Positions 26,488 through 36,422 of a stretch of 64,000 nt of DNA are shown one piece after another. The position numbers and the translations under genes were made by a program. Each line of letters begins with the position of its first letter. Within the stretch, counting starts at the first letter, position 1. The notes under the pieces are model-generated. The model was given only the letters and a program-made list of their open reading frames with translations, did not search any database and had not been told where the DNA came from. Source of the stretch: an uncultured bacterium (lineage in GTDB: Bacteria; Patescibacteriota; Minisyncoccia; Phycocordibacterales; GWA1-40-21); the NCBI GenBank assembly GCA_963716205.1, contig OY970290.1, positions 367,417 to 431,416 on the forward strand, given 5' to 3'.

Positions 26488-27540
26488 ATGTCAATAGAAT
26501 CAACTTCGACAAAAGAAAAAGTTCAAGGAAAAAAAGAAGAAATTATTGAAAATCTTTTTTTATTTTTGAAGGAAAAAAGAGAAAAAGAAGAAAAAGACAT
26601 TGAAGAAAATTTTCCGGAAATCATGAAAAGTCTGCCGAAAGATCTCCGCAATTTTATTGAGGAAGATTTTCAGCGGTTCAAGTCATACAATCTTACCGCC
26701 GAGCAATTACTTTCGGAATTGAAACATGATGTAGAAACAATGAAAATAGCCTACGAAGATAAACGGTTTGAAATTCCCAACGGCAGTTATATGCGTTATG
26801 AAATAAAACACGGCATTGATGAACTGGTTGCAAATTTCAGCGATGAAAAGATAAATTTCATGAAAATAAAAGGTTTGGGAATCATCAGTCTTGATGTCAA
26901 CGGCTTGAAAACCGTCAATGACATGATTAGCCACGAAGCCGGCAATGAATACTTGAGAAGAATCGTGAACGTATTTAAAAAAGGTGCGACGACAAAAGAA
27001 CTTGAAGATAAACGCATCAATGTATTCATTTCTTCAAACGGTGGCGATGAATTTTCAATTATTTTGAGTGATGATGTCAATCTTATGGAAACCGCCGGCA
27101 GATCGACTTTTATAGAAAGTATTTTAAAAAAATATCAAAAAGAAGTCTCTGAAATAGACACCGGCGATCTTATCGATTTTAATAAGCCGGAAATATCCGA
27201 AAAATTAAAAGCATTTATTATTCCGGAAAAATTCAAATTCACCCCGACTATTTCCGGTGGCACCGCATGCATTGAAGAAGTGCTTGTCGGCAACGGATTT
27301 ATTCCCAATGAAACGGCGGGATATTCCGACAATCTTAATTTTATCATCAACAGTCTTTTTGAACTTGCCGACAAGCGAAACAGAGAGGATAAAAATACAT
27401 TCAAGGAAGAGCTTGAAAACAGTGCCGATCCACAGAAAAATTTTTTGGCGGTTTTGCTGAAAAGAAATATTGAAATAGCGGTTATTGAGGAGGAAAATAA
27501 AAAACTGAAGCTTATCGTTGAAAAGCTCAAGAAAAAATAA
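26488..27540 (+). CDS. GGDEF (diguanylate cyclase) domain protein
   Basis: DVNGLKTVND...HEAGNEYL and GGDEF motif. Confidence 0.85.
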   Translation: MSIESTSTKEKVQGKKEEIIENLFLFLKEKREKEEKDIEENFPEIMKSLPKDLRNFIEEDFQRFKSYNLTAEQLLSELKHDVETMKIAYEDKRFEIPNGSYMRYEIKHGIDELVANFSDEKINFMKIKGLGIISLDVNGLKTVNDMISHEAGNEYLRRIVNVFKKGATTKELEDKRINVFISSNGGDEFSIILSDDVNLMETAGRSTFIESILKKYQKEVSEIDTGDLIDFNKPEISEKLKAFIIPEKFKFTPTISGGTACIEEVLVGNGFIPNETAGYSDNLNFIINSLFELADKRNREDKNTFKEELENSADPQKNFLAVLLKRNIEIAVIEEENKKLKLIVEKLKKK

Positions 27541-27614
27541 TTCGGTAGCTTCTTTTCTCGTTTCAGGGTATACTGATCAAACAATTTATTGGCATTAATC
27601 ATAATTATTTTTAT

Positions 27615-27761
27615 ATGGCAAAAAGAGGCACAACATTGAGTTCAAAAAAAGGAAGATCACATCATTCGCCGAAAACCGCAAAGCGGCTCGATGCAAAAAA
27701 AATAATGATTGCAAAAAAGCTCGCGAGAACGTATGCAAAAATGCACTATTCTAAAAAATAG
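27615..27761 (+). CDS. Small highly basic protein (48 aa, not in ORF track)
   Basis: MAKRGTTLSSKKGRSHHSPKTAKRLDAKK... Confidence 0.5.
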   Translation: MAKRGTTLSSKKGRSHHSPKTAKRLDAKKIMIAKKLARTYAKMHYSKK

Positions 27762-27904
27762 ATTTTTTGAAAAATCGGTTTGATATTTCATCTACTAAAG
27801 CATGGGTGCAAAAACCATATCGTTTTGTATTTTGCAGACCAACCGATAAGATGATAAAATAATACAGCATTCGTATTATTTTATTCATAATAATTTTAAA
27901 AAAT

Positions 27905-28186
27905 ATGGCAAAACAAATTATAAAAAGCGATGGAAACAAGATGCCGATTTTAAAAGCAAAAATCGACCGCGCTATCAGCCGTGCGGCAAATGATGCCAAG
28001 CTCGGTATGGATGAAATCAACAAACTCGTCAGCAAGGTTTCTGATAACATAATGCAGTTTATAGAATCAAAAGACAAAGTTACCACACGCGAAGTAAAAG
28101 AAAAAATCTTATTGGAACTCGATGCAATTGCCCCAAAAGTATCGGAAGAATGGAGAAAGTTTGATCAGAAAAATAATAAAAAATAA
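27905..28186 (+). CDS. Stand-alone ATP-cone domain protein
   Basis: IIKSDG...KI.RAI..AA...VTT.EV.E.I. Confidence 0.8.
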   Translation: MAKQIIKSDGNKMPILKAKIDRAISRAANDAKLGMDEINKLVSKVSDNIMQFIESKDKVTTREVKEKILLELDAIAPKVSEEWRKFDQKNNKK

Positions 28187-28194
28187 TTTATTCT

Positions 28195-28800
28195 ATGAAC
28201 AAAATACACAGGACGATTGTTATGATCGCCAAATGCCTTTGGATGCTGTTTCGTCCGATTCCCGCGGTTATCGCAGCGTGCCTCTTATGGTATTTTGTTT
28301 TTTTCAGAAATAATCTCTATTCAAGCGAAAATCTTGAAATTATCATGATTTGGATTTCCGTCTTTGGAATTCTCTACGGTCTTATCGAAGCTGTCATTTT
28401 GACGACGGTCTGGAACGAATACAAAACAATGAGAATTGCCGTCAAGCGGTATGATTTTGACACATTTGTTGATCTGCGCGATGAAGAAATATCCCCTCTT
28501 GTTCACACACTTACGTTTGTTCTCTCCGGAGCAATACTTTTGGCTTTCATGTGCTTGAAATACGTCAGTCTTCAAAGCGGATTGCTTTTTATCGGAAGCA
28601 CGACGTATCTTTTTGTCCTAATCTTTTTTGTTATTTATGAAATTGATGATCCGTGCGCCGGACTTTGGTATATTCGCAATATTCCAAAAGAATGGCTTGA
28701 GATTGATGTAAAAAAGTTCCGCCATGAGGAACGTTATCAAAAAGCCCATCCGCTTTTTTTGGAAAAACATAAGCAAAGATTAGAAAAATATGAGAAATAA
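28195..28800 (+). CDS. Membrane protein (bestrophin-like/DUF4239-like)
   Basis: Four hydrophobic segments, FGILYGL, EIDDP..G motif. Confidence 0.65.
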   Translation: MNKIHRTIVMIAKCLWMLFRPIPAVIAACLLWYFVFFRNNLYSSENLEIIMIWISVFGILYGLIEAVILTTVWNEYKTMRIAVKRYDFDTFVDLRDEEISPLVHTLTFVLSGAILLAFMCLKYVSLQSGLLFIGSTTYLFVLIFFVIYEIDDPCAGLWYIRNIPKEWLEIDVKKFRHEERYQKAHPLFLEKHKQRLEKYEK

Positions 28801-30088
28801 TATCGTTTATAAAGGAGCTGATGAACTTACCTATGAAATACGCGAGATTGTCGAGGTGGCAAAAAAAATAGAAAAAACTGGTGTTGAAATCTTGTGGGAA
28901 AATATCGGCGATCCTGTTGCAAAGGGCGAAAAAATTCAATTATGGATAAAAAATATCGTCGCTGATACGGTAAAAAATAATGATGAAAGTTTTGCCTATT
29001 CTCCGACACGGGGACTTTTGGAAACGCGCGAATACATCGCACGGGAACGCAATCTCGAAGGTGGAATACAAATTACCGCAAATGATATCCTGTTTTTCAA
29101 CGGTCTTGGCGATGCAATTTCAAAAATTTATACGTATCTCAATTCAAAAGCTCGCGTCATTGGTCCGAATCCGGCGTATTCGACACATTCTTCTGCGGAA
29201 GCCGCCCATGCAAGCGCTCCGCATATCACCTATAAGCTTGATCCGCTGAACAATTGGTATCCGGATCTTGCCGATATGCGCGAGAAAATAAAAAACAATA
29301 AACATATCAGTGCGATTCTTGTTGTCAATCCTGATAATCCGACTGGCATGGTCTATCCGGAAAAAGTTTTGAGACAAATCGTCGATATTGCTAAAGAATT
29401 CAAATTATTCATCATCTCCGATGAAATTTATTCAAATCTTTTTTACGGAGTAAATCATAAAAAACTTGCATCTATTATTGGCGATGTTCCCGGACTCGCC
29501 ATGCGCGGCATATCAAAAGAATTTCCGTGGCCAGGCTCGCGATGCGGCTGGGTGGAATTTTATAATACTGATCGCGACAACGATTTTGCACGTTATGCAA
29601 AAACGCTTCTTGATGCGAAGATGCTCGAGGTCTGCTCAACGACTTTGCCGCAAAAAGTTTTGCCAAAAGTGATGAGTGATCCGAGATATTATCCGTATTT
29701 GACCGAACGGAACAAAAATTATCAGAAAAAAGCTGATATGGCTTATGAAATATTCTCGCAAATTCCTGAGCTTATCATTCACAAGCCAAACGGCGCTTTT
29801 TATATGACGATTGTTTTCAAAAATGGAGTGCTCAATGGCAAACAAAGTTTGAAGCCGGCAAATTCGGAGGCGGAAAAAATTGTAAAAGAAATTTCAAAAA
29901 CGGATAAATTGGACAAGCGATTTGTCTATCAGCTTCTCGCTTCAACGGGTATTTGTGTCGTTCCCCTTTCTTCCGGTTTCAATTCGGACTTGTTCGGTTT
30001 CCGTATGACTCTTCTTGAACCCGATGAAATAAAATTCAAAAGAATTGTCGAGACGATAGCCGGTGCGATAAAAGAATATATCCGATGA
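28790..30088 (+). CDS. PLP-dependent aminotransferase class I/II (AlaA-like)
   Basis: ENIGDP, NPDNPTG, SDEIY, GISKEFPWPGSRCGW. Confidence 0.93.
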   Translation: MRNNIVYKGADELTYEIREIVEVAKKIEKTGVEILWENIGDPVAKGEKIQLWIKNIVADTVKNNDESFAYSPTRGLLETREYIARERNLEGGIQITANDILFFNGLGDAISKIYTYLNSKARVIGPNPAYSTHSSAEAAHASAPHITYKLDPLNNWYPDLADMREKIKNNKHISAILVVNPDNPTGMVYPEKVLRQIVDIAKEFKLFIISDEIYSNLFYGVNHKKLASIIGDVPGLAMRGISKEFPWPGSRCGWVEFYNTDRDNDFARYAKTLLDAKMLEVCSTTLPQKVLPKVMSDPRYYPYLTERNKNYQKKADMAYEIFSQIPELIIHKPNGAFYMTIVFKNGVLNGKQSLKPANSEAEKIVKEISKTDKLDKRFVYQLLASTGICVVPLSSGFNSDLFGFRMTLLEPDEIKFKRIVETIAGAIKEYIR

Positions 30089-31182
30089 AAAAGAAAAAAA
30101 GTTTTCTTAAAAATTCCTATTTCTGGCTGACACTAAGCTTGCTGTATTTGGTCATTGTCATTATTTTCGGATTTTTTCATATTGAAACTTCTTCTCCGGA
30201 AGCGATTTCAAATATTGTCAAAGATCTTTTTATTCCGCCGAAATATCCTTCTCTTGATAAAGCGGATTATGATCTGCGCATGGACAAGCTTGCACATATT
30301 TTGCCCGCAGATGCTACAAATACTTTGTCGCTTATTTCAACATCAACTGCGAGCTCGACACGCTTGTGGCCCGTTCAGGCGCCATATCCGCTTCCTGGCG
30401 CAATTCTTCCATTCAAACGCATTATTGCCTATTATGGAAACTTTCTTTCAACGGGAATGGGTGTGCTTGGACAATATCCGCCGGATCAAGTATTGAGCAT
30501 GCTTGCTGCTGAAGTTACAAAATGGAATGCGGCGGATCCATCTACGCCTGCTCTGCCGGCAATACAATATATTGCCGTAACAGCCCAAGGATACCCGGGA
30601 GCTGATGGAAAATATCGTGCTCGGATGCCGGATGACCAAATACAAAAAGCAATTTCGATGGCTGCGCAAATAAACGGTATTGTCATTCTTGATGTGCAGA
30701 TTGGGCAAAGCACTTTGGAAGATGAAATCCCTCTGCTTGAAAAATATCTAGAAATGCCGCAGGTGCATCTCGCAATTGATCCGGAATTCGCAATGAAACC
30801 GGGGCAGATTCCCGGAGATCAATATGTCGGCACGATTGATGCGAAAGATATCAATTTTGTCATTGAGTATCTCGCGCAAATAGTGAAGGAATACAATCTC
30901 CCGCCGAAAATTCTGGTTATTCACCGCTACCGGCAGAATATGGTGACAAATTCAAATGAAATTGAAACGATCCCTGAAGTGCAAGTTGTCATGAACATGG
31001 ACGGCTGGGGCACACCAAGCGGTAAAACCGCGATTTATGACGAATATATAAAAGATCAGCCGGTCCAATTCACCGGCATCAAGCTCTTTTATCACAATGA
31101 CACGATCGGGGGCTCGACGATGATGACGCCCGATGAAATTTTGAATTTGACTCCATCGCCAATTTATATCCAATATCAATAG
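30085..31182 (+). CDS. Membrane-anchored extracellular hypothetical protein
   Basis: N-terminal TM; AYYG...ILDVQIG...HLAIDPEF...MDGWG. Confidence 0.75.
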   Translation: MKKKKSFLKNSYFWLTLSLLYLVIVIIFGFFHIETSSPEAISNIVKDLFIPPKYPSLDKADYDLRMDKLAHILPADATNTLSLISTSTASSTRLWPVQAPYPLPGAILPFKRIIAYYGNFLSTGMGVLGQYPPDQVLSMLAAEVTKWNAADPSTPALPAIQYIAVTAQGYPGADGKYRARMPDDQIQKAISMAAQINGIVILDVQIGQSTLEDEIPLLEKYLEMPQVHLAIDPEFAMKPGQIPGDQYVGTIDAKDINFVIEYLAQIVKEYNLPPKILVIHRYRQNMVTNSNEIETIPEVQVVMNMDGWGTPSGKTAIYDEYIKDQPVQFTGIKLFYHNDTIGGSTMMTPDEILNLTPSPIYIQYQ

Positions 31183-31183
31183 A

Positions 31184-31768
31184 TCATTTTATGCTTCTGA
31201 ATCTCGTCTTATAAATGAGATATCCGATAAAAATAACAACTGGCACAATTGCAAAAAGCCATAACTCGGTCAAAAACTTTTGCCAATAATTCCCCACTAG
31301 ATATCCGGCAAGGGCAAAAAAAAGCACATCGGTCAAATTCCCTAAAATGTCAAAAATGAGGAATTTCCAAAATGGAATTTCAATGAGTCCTGAAACAAAA
31401 TTGACTAGAGGTCCGAACGGTCCGATGATTTTACAGAAATAAATCGTTCCATAAGCATAATTTTCCAAATACTTTTTCACTTTAAAAAAGCCGGCATCTT
31501 TTCTGATGCGAAGAACGTGGAAAACCGCATCGCCATAATGATACGCCAGAAAATAAGCAAAAACGTCGGCGGCGACATTGGTAAAAAACGAAATGACGAT
31601 AATGGCAATTATGTTCATTTTTCCGGCGCTGGCAAAAGCTCCGGCGACAAGAATAATCTCATTGAGCGGCACCGGCACAATGAATGATCCGGAAAAAACA
31701 ATGACGAACAGGGCAAGATACTTGTACGCAATCAGATATGAGGTGAATGAAGAGACGAGAAAAATCAT
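31184..31768 (-). CDS. DedA/VTT family membrane protein
   Basis: PVP.E...AGA...D...Y.L...YG; paralog of the adjacent gene. Confidence 0.85.
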   Translation of the reverse strand: MIFLVSSFTSYLIAYKYLALFVIVFSGSFIVPVPLNEIILVAGAFASAGKMNIIAIIVISFFTNVAADVFAYFLAYHYGDAVFHVLRIRKDAGFFKVKKYLENYAYGTIYFCKIIGPFGPLVNFVSGLIEIPFWKFLIFDILGNLTDVLFFALAGYLVGNYWQKFLTELWLFAIVPVVIFIGYLIYKTRFRSIK

Positions 31769-31794
31769 TGGAGAAATTATACTATATTAAAAAA

Positions 31795-32388
31795 TTATTG
31801 TGAATCAAGCTTCTTTTTTATTTTTGCCTTATAGATAACATAGATGACAAAAATAACCGTGACGACAATGGTTACAATCCAAATATCGTCAAGAAATACC
31901 TGCCAATAATTCCCTAGTATGTATCCGGCGGCAAAGAAAAATAGTGCGCCGATGCCGTTGCCCAGAAAATCAGCCAGAACAAATTTTGGATACGGAACGC
32001 CAATGAGTCCCGAAAGAAAATTGACATACGGTGCAAATGGTCCAGCAATCCTTGTCAGAAAAACCGTTCCGAATGCATATTGCCTTAAATATTTTTCGAT
32101 ATTAAAAAATTTTCCGCTCCATTTTGGAATAAGCTTGTTGATGACGACTTGCCCATACCGATAGGTCAGGAAAAATCCGAATGAATCGGCGCAAACATTG
32201 GTAACGACGGTCAAAGAAAGCGCACATGGAGCATTTAAATACCCCTGGCTCGCAAATGCTCCCATGGCGGTAATGATTGCGTTTGCCGGAAGTGGTAAAA
32301 GAAAGGATGCGGAAAAAATAATGACAAAAATTGCCCAATATTTATAGAGCAGGATAAAAGACAAAAATGAAGATAAAAATAAAGTCAT
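31795..32388 (-). CDS. DedA/VTT family membrane protein
   Basis: PLP...GAFASQG...VFLTR...NFLSGL. Confidence 0.85.
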   Translation of the reverse strand: MTLFLSSFLSFILLYKYWAIFVIIFSASFLLPLPANAIITAMGAFASQGYLNAPCALSLTVVTNVCADSFGFFLTYRYGQVVINKLIPKWSGKFFNIEKYLRQYAFGTVFLTRIAGPFAPYVNFLSGLIGVPYPKFVLADFLGNGIGALFFFAAGYILGNYWQVFLDDIWIVTIVVTVIFVIYVIYKAKIKKKLDSQ

Positions 32389-32389
32389 A

Positions 32390-32779
32390 TCAATGAACGG
32401 TAAAATAATCCGAGACGGCTTTTTTTATTTCCGCAATAAATTGAACTTCATTCAGCTTGTGATTATTAACATATTTTGAAATTGGAATTCGTGGATAATC
32501 TGTATCCGAAATAGCAAGCGTATTTTTCAAATAATCGCTCGGCAATGCAAAAATTCTATTAATATAATCGAAGGTCATCCATGAACTTATCAGATCGACA
32601 TTTTGAGCGGTCAAAGCACCGTGATACGTGGCGATTTTCTGCGATAATGCCTTTTTATATACTGCTATGATATGTGCCCGCTCGAGTCGTGCATATTCTC
32701 TCGCGCAAAAAGCAAATGAAAAAATAATAATGATACAAAGAATGATAGCGAGCGGTTTTGAAATCTCCTTTTTATTCAT
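32390..32779 (-). CDS. Single-TM hypothetical protein
   Basis: N-terminal TM, WMTFDYIN motif; operonic with the DedA genes. Confidence 0.7.
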   Translation of the reverse strand: MNKKEISKPLAIILCIIIIFSFAFCAREYARLERAHIIAVYKKALSQKIATYHGALTAQNVDLISSWMTFDYINRIFALPSDYLKNTLAISDTDYPRIPISKYVNNHKLNEVQFIAEIKKAVSDYFTVH

Positions 32780-32855
32780 GGCTATATTTTAACACATTTT
32801 TTTAACACAAAAAAGTATATCTTTTCATAAAATTATTTTATATAATTGGCATTCT

Positions 32856-35516
32856 ATGAAAAAAAATAAAAAATATGTGTATGCGTTTGAGGAAGGCAAC
32901 AAGGATATGAAGGAAATTTTGGGCGGAAAAGGCGCTAATCTCGCTGAGATGAAATCGCTTGGCATCAATGTGCCTCCGGGCTTTACCATTACGACTGAAG
33001 CATGCCGGCTTTATTATGAAGTAGGTAAAAAGATCAATACAGAAGTGAAAAAGCAGACTGATCTCGGTCTCGCCGCTCTCGAAAAGAAAATGAAAAAGAA
33101 ACTGGGTGATGCAAATGATCCCCTCCTTGTTTCCGTGCGATCCGGCGCGGCAGCTTCCATGCCGGGTATGATGGATACTATTTTAAATTTAGGACTTAAT
33201 GACAAATCAGTTCTTGGTTTGGCGAAAAATACTGGCAATCCCCGATTTGCATGGGATTCATATCGAAGACTGATGCAAATGTTCGGTTCTGTTGTCATGG
33301 AAATGGAACATTCCGACTTCGAACACATTCTGGAATCAATGAAAGAAACAAAAGGTGCACACTATGATACTGATTTGACCGCAGAAGATTTGAAAGAACT
33401 TGTTATAAAATACAAAGTAAAAATAAAAGAAGTAAAAGGAAAAGAATTTCCGCAGGATCCGATTGAACAAATGTATATGGCGATCAATGCAGTCTTTAAT
33501 TCATGGAACAATTATCGCGCAATCAGATATCGGGAAATAAATTCTATTAAAGGATTGATCGGCACTGCAGTCAATATCCAGTCTATGGTCTTCGGCAATC
33601 TCGGAAATGATTCCGGTACCGGCGTCTGCTTCACGAGAAATCCTTCGACCGGTGAAGCAAAATTCTACGGCGAATATCTGATGAACGCGCAAGGCGAGGA
33701 TGTTGTCGCTGGCATCAGAACACCGCTTGCAGTCTCCGCACTGGCAAAACAGGATCCAAAAATTTACAAAGAGCTCGTCACGACGTGCAACAAAGTCGAA
33801 AAGCATTACAAAGACATGCAGGATATGGAGTTTACTATTGAGCGCGGAAAGTTGTATATATTGCAGGCGCGAAGCGGCAAGAGAACTGCTGCGGCATCAG
33901 TTCAGATTGCTGTTGATTTGGTGAAAGAAAAATTAATCACGCTTGAAACAGCAATTTTGAGAATCGACCCGAATCAGCTTAATCAGCTTCTTCACAAACA
34001 GCTTGATTCGATCGCGCTCGCAAAAGCAGAATCAATCGCACAAGGTCTTCCCGCATCTCCGGGAGCTGCAGTTGGTGAAATTGTTTTTACTGCAAATGAA
34101 GCGTTTGAAAAAGCAAAGTCTGGCCTTGCAGTTATTCTTGTTAGAACAGAAACTTCACCGGAAGACATCGATGGCATGCATTCCGCAAAAGGTATTCTTA
34201 CCGCTAGGGGTGGTATGACATCTCATGCGGCTGTTGTCGCCCGAGGTATGGGCACCTGCTGCGTTGCTGGGTGTTCGGACTTGGATATTAATGAAAAAAA
34301 TAAAACCCTCACAATCAAAAGTAAAGATATAATCTTGAAAGAGGGAGATTTTATTTCTCTAGACGGCTCGACTGGAAAAGTCTATGCGGGTAAGCTCAAT
34401 ACACAGGATCCTTCCCTCTCCGGCAATTTTGGCACACTGATGAAATGGTCTGACAAATTCCGCAAGATCGGTGTAGAAACAAACGCTGACACGCCGCATG
34501 ATGCGGAAGTTGCAAGAAAATTTGGTGCGGAAGGTATTGGTCTTTGTAGAACTGAACATATGTTTTTTGAAGGCGCTCGCATTAAAGCTATCCGTGAAAT
34601 GATTTTGGCAAAGGACTTGGAAGCACGAAAAAAAGCTTTGGCAAAACTCTATCCGTATCAGAAAGATGACTTTACCGGACTTTTTGAAACGATGAATGGC
34701 TTTTCAGTTACCATCCGTCTTTTGGATGCGCCGCTTCATGAATTCTTGCCAAAAGAAACTAAAGATATTGAGGAGCTGGCAAAAGAATTAAATGTCAGCG
34801 TTAAAACACTGGAGGCAAAGATTGCCGACTTACATGAATTTAACCCGATGCTCGGACACCGAGGCTGCCGGCTTGCCATCACCTATCCGGAGATCTACGA
34901 CATGCAGGCAGAGGCGATCATTGACGCTGCTGTTGAAGTGAAGAAAAATAAGAAAGCAAAGGACGTGAAGCCCGAGATTATGATTCCAATTATCGCAACA
35001 ACCAAAGAATTTACTATTCTAAAAGATCGGATTGTCAAAATTGTTGAAGAAAAGATCAAAGCGTCTGGTGTGAAAATTGATTACAAGATTGGCACCATGA
35101 TTGAAGTTCCGCGAGCGGCTCTCATTGCCGACAAACTTGTCCAGGCTGGGGCGCAATTCTTTTCATTCGGCACGAATGACCTCACGCAGATGGGCGCCGG
35201 ACTTTCACGCGATGATGCAGGGAAATTTTTGAAAGAATATGTCGCACAGGATATTTTCGCCTATGATCCTTTTGAAGTGCTCGACCAAGAAGGTATCGGT
35301 GAACTCATCAGAATTGCAGTCAAAAAAGGACGATCAGTAAATAAGAATCTGAAGATCGGCATTTGTGGGGAGCATGGTGGCGAACCAAAAACAGTGGAAT
35401 TCTGCCACCGCGAAGGTTTGAGTTATGTTTCCTGCTCGCCGTTCCGAGTGCCAATTGCCCGCCTTGCCGCAGCGCAAGCAGTGGTAAGAGAGAAAGTTGA
35501 AAAGAAAAAGAAATAA
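32856..35516 (+). CDS. ppdK: Pyruvate, phosphate dikinase
   Basis: GGKGANLAEM, VSVRSGA..SMPGMMDT, GGMTSHAAVVARG, SFGTNDLTQ, GICGEHGG. Confidence 0.97.
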   Translation: MKKNKKYVYAFEEGNKDMKEILGGKGANLAEMKSLGINVPPGFTITTEACRLYYEVGKKINTEVKKQTDLGLAALEKKMKKKLGDANDPLLVSVRSGAAASMPGMMDTILNLGLNDKSVLGLAKNTGNPRFAWDSYRRLMQMFGSVVMEMEHSDFEHILESMKETKGAHYDTDLTAEDLKELVIKYKVKIKEVKGKEFPQDPIEQMYMAINAVFNSWNNYRAIRYREINSIKGLIGTAVNIQSMVFGNLGNDSGTGVCFTRNPSTGEAKFYGEYLMNAQGEDVVAGIRTPLAVSALAKQDPKIYKELVTTCNKVEKHYKDMQDMEFTIERGKLYILQARSGKRTAAASVQIAVDLVKEKLITLETAILRIDPNQLNQLLHKQLDSIALAKAESIAQGLPASPGAAVGEIVFTANEAFEKAKSGLAVILVRTETSPEDIDGMHSAKGILTARGGMTSHAAVVARGMGTCCVAGCSDLDINEKNKTLTIKSKDIILKEGDFISLDGSTGKVYAGKLNTQDPSLSGNFGTLMKWSDKFRKIGVETNADTPHDAEVARKFGAEGIGLCRTEHMFFEGARIKAIREMILAKDLEARKKALAKLYPYQKDDFTGLFETMNGFSVTIRLLDAPLHEFLPKETKDIEELAKELNVSVKTLEAKIADLHEFNPMLGHRGCRLAITYPEIYDMQAEAIIDAAVEVKKNKKAKDVKPEIMIPIIATTKEFTILKDRIVKIVEEKIKASGVKIDYKIGTMIEVPRAALIADKLVQAGAQFFSFGTNDLTQMGAGLSRDDAGKFLKEYVAQDIFAYDPFEVLDQEGIGELIRIAVKKGRSVNKNLKIGICGEHGGEPKTVEFCHREGLSYVSCSPFRVPIARLAAAQAVVREKVEKKKK

Positions 35517-35522
35517 AATACT

Positions 35523-35551
35523 AAAAAATGCCTTATTTAAGGGCATTTTTT
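35523..35551 (+). terminator. Intrinsic terminator after ppdK
   Basis: AAAAAATGCC-TTATTTAAG-GGCATTTTTT. Confidence 0.75.
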
Positions 35552-35571
35552 AGTTATCCACAGTTATATAT

Positions 35572-35601
35572 TTGACAGGTGAACTATCGTTCACCTATAA
35601 T
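35572..35601 (+). promoter_or_regulatory. Sigma70 promoter of the lexA operon with a palindromic LexA-type operator
   Basis: TTGACA-GGTGAACTATCGTTCACC-TATAAT; the spacer contains GAAC-N4-GTTC. Confidence 0.85.
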
Positions 35602-35641
35602 GGTAGTAGTTAAAAGTTATCAGTTTTAAACAATAAACATT

Positions 35642-35857
35642 ATGTCAAAAATAACTTTGGAAAAAACGATACGTGAGGAGTTGCACAAACTCAACAATAT
35701 TATTGACGTGAAAATTCTTAAAGGTCTCTCATATAAACGAGAAGCTTTGAGACACCGTTTCCTCCTCTCCCGCCTCTCCGACATGCATCATTTGAAGAAA
35801 TTTAATTCAAATTGGCTCAAACGAGCAATGAATATAATGGCAACCTTTGTCCTCTAA
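35642..35857 (+). CDS. Small hypothetical protein upstream of lexA
   Basis: 71 aa, first gene after the SOS-like promoter. Confidence 0.65.
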   Translation: MSKITLEKTIREELHKLNNIIDVKILKGLSYKREALRHRFLLSRLSDMHHLKKFNSNWLKRAMNIMATFVL

Positions 35858-35861
35858 AACT

Positions 35862-36422
35862 ATGGAAGATTACAAAGATAAAATCATGGGTTTCTATCGG
35901 GAGAATAAGCGCATGCCAGTCTATACCGAGATCATGAAACTCTTGGGATTTAAGTCAAAGAATGCCGTTTTTAAGCTCGTGAATAATCTGGTGGATGAGG
36001 GTGTAGTTAAAAAAGATTCTAAAGGTTTTTTGATTCCCAATAAATCATTCGGTGAGATCCCACTCCTTGGTCTTGTGGAGGCTGGTTTCCCTACCCTGGT
36101 AGATTCCCTGACTGATACCATCAGTCTTGATGACTACTTGATCGGCGACAAATCTGCAAGCTATGTACTCGAAGTCAAAGGCGACTCAATGATTGATGAA
36201 GGTATTCGTGAAGGCGATTTAGTTGTTGCAGAACGGAAAAAAGAACCAAAAGACGGTGATATTGTCATCGCATACATTGATGGCGGTTGGACGATGAAAT
36301 TTCTTAAAAAAAGTGGCGGCAAAACATGGCTCGAACCCGCCAACAAAAACTATAAACCAATTCATCCCAAACACGAGCTTCAAATCGCTGCGGTGGTAAA
36401 AGGAGTAATTAGAAAGTATTAA
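35862..36422 (+). CDS. lexA: LexA family repressor/peptidase S24
   Basis: wHTH (MP.Y.EI..LLGFKS), VEAG cleavage site, GDSM catalytic Ser, TMK catalytic Lys. Confidence 0.9.
   Translation: MEDYKDKIMGFYRENKRMPVYTEIMKLLGFKSKNAVFKLVNNLVDEGVVKKDSKGFLIPNKSFGEIPLLGLVEAGFPTLVDSLTDTISLDDYLIGDKSASYVLEVKGDSMIDEGIREGDLVVAERKKEPKDGDIVIAYIDGGWTMKFLKKSGGKTWLEPANKNYKPIHPKHELQIAAVVKGVIRKY

Noticed and set aside
35554-35562. Replication origin from DnaA-like boxes (also ~39397 and ~63351)
   Set aside because: The boxes are isolated and not clustered, and there is no dnaA/dnaN nearby.
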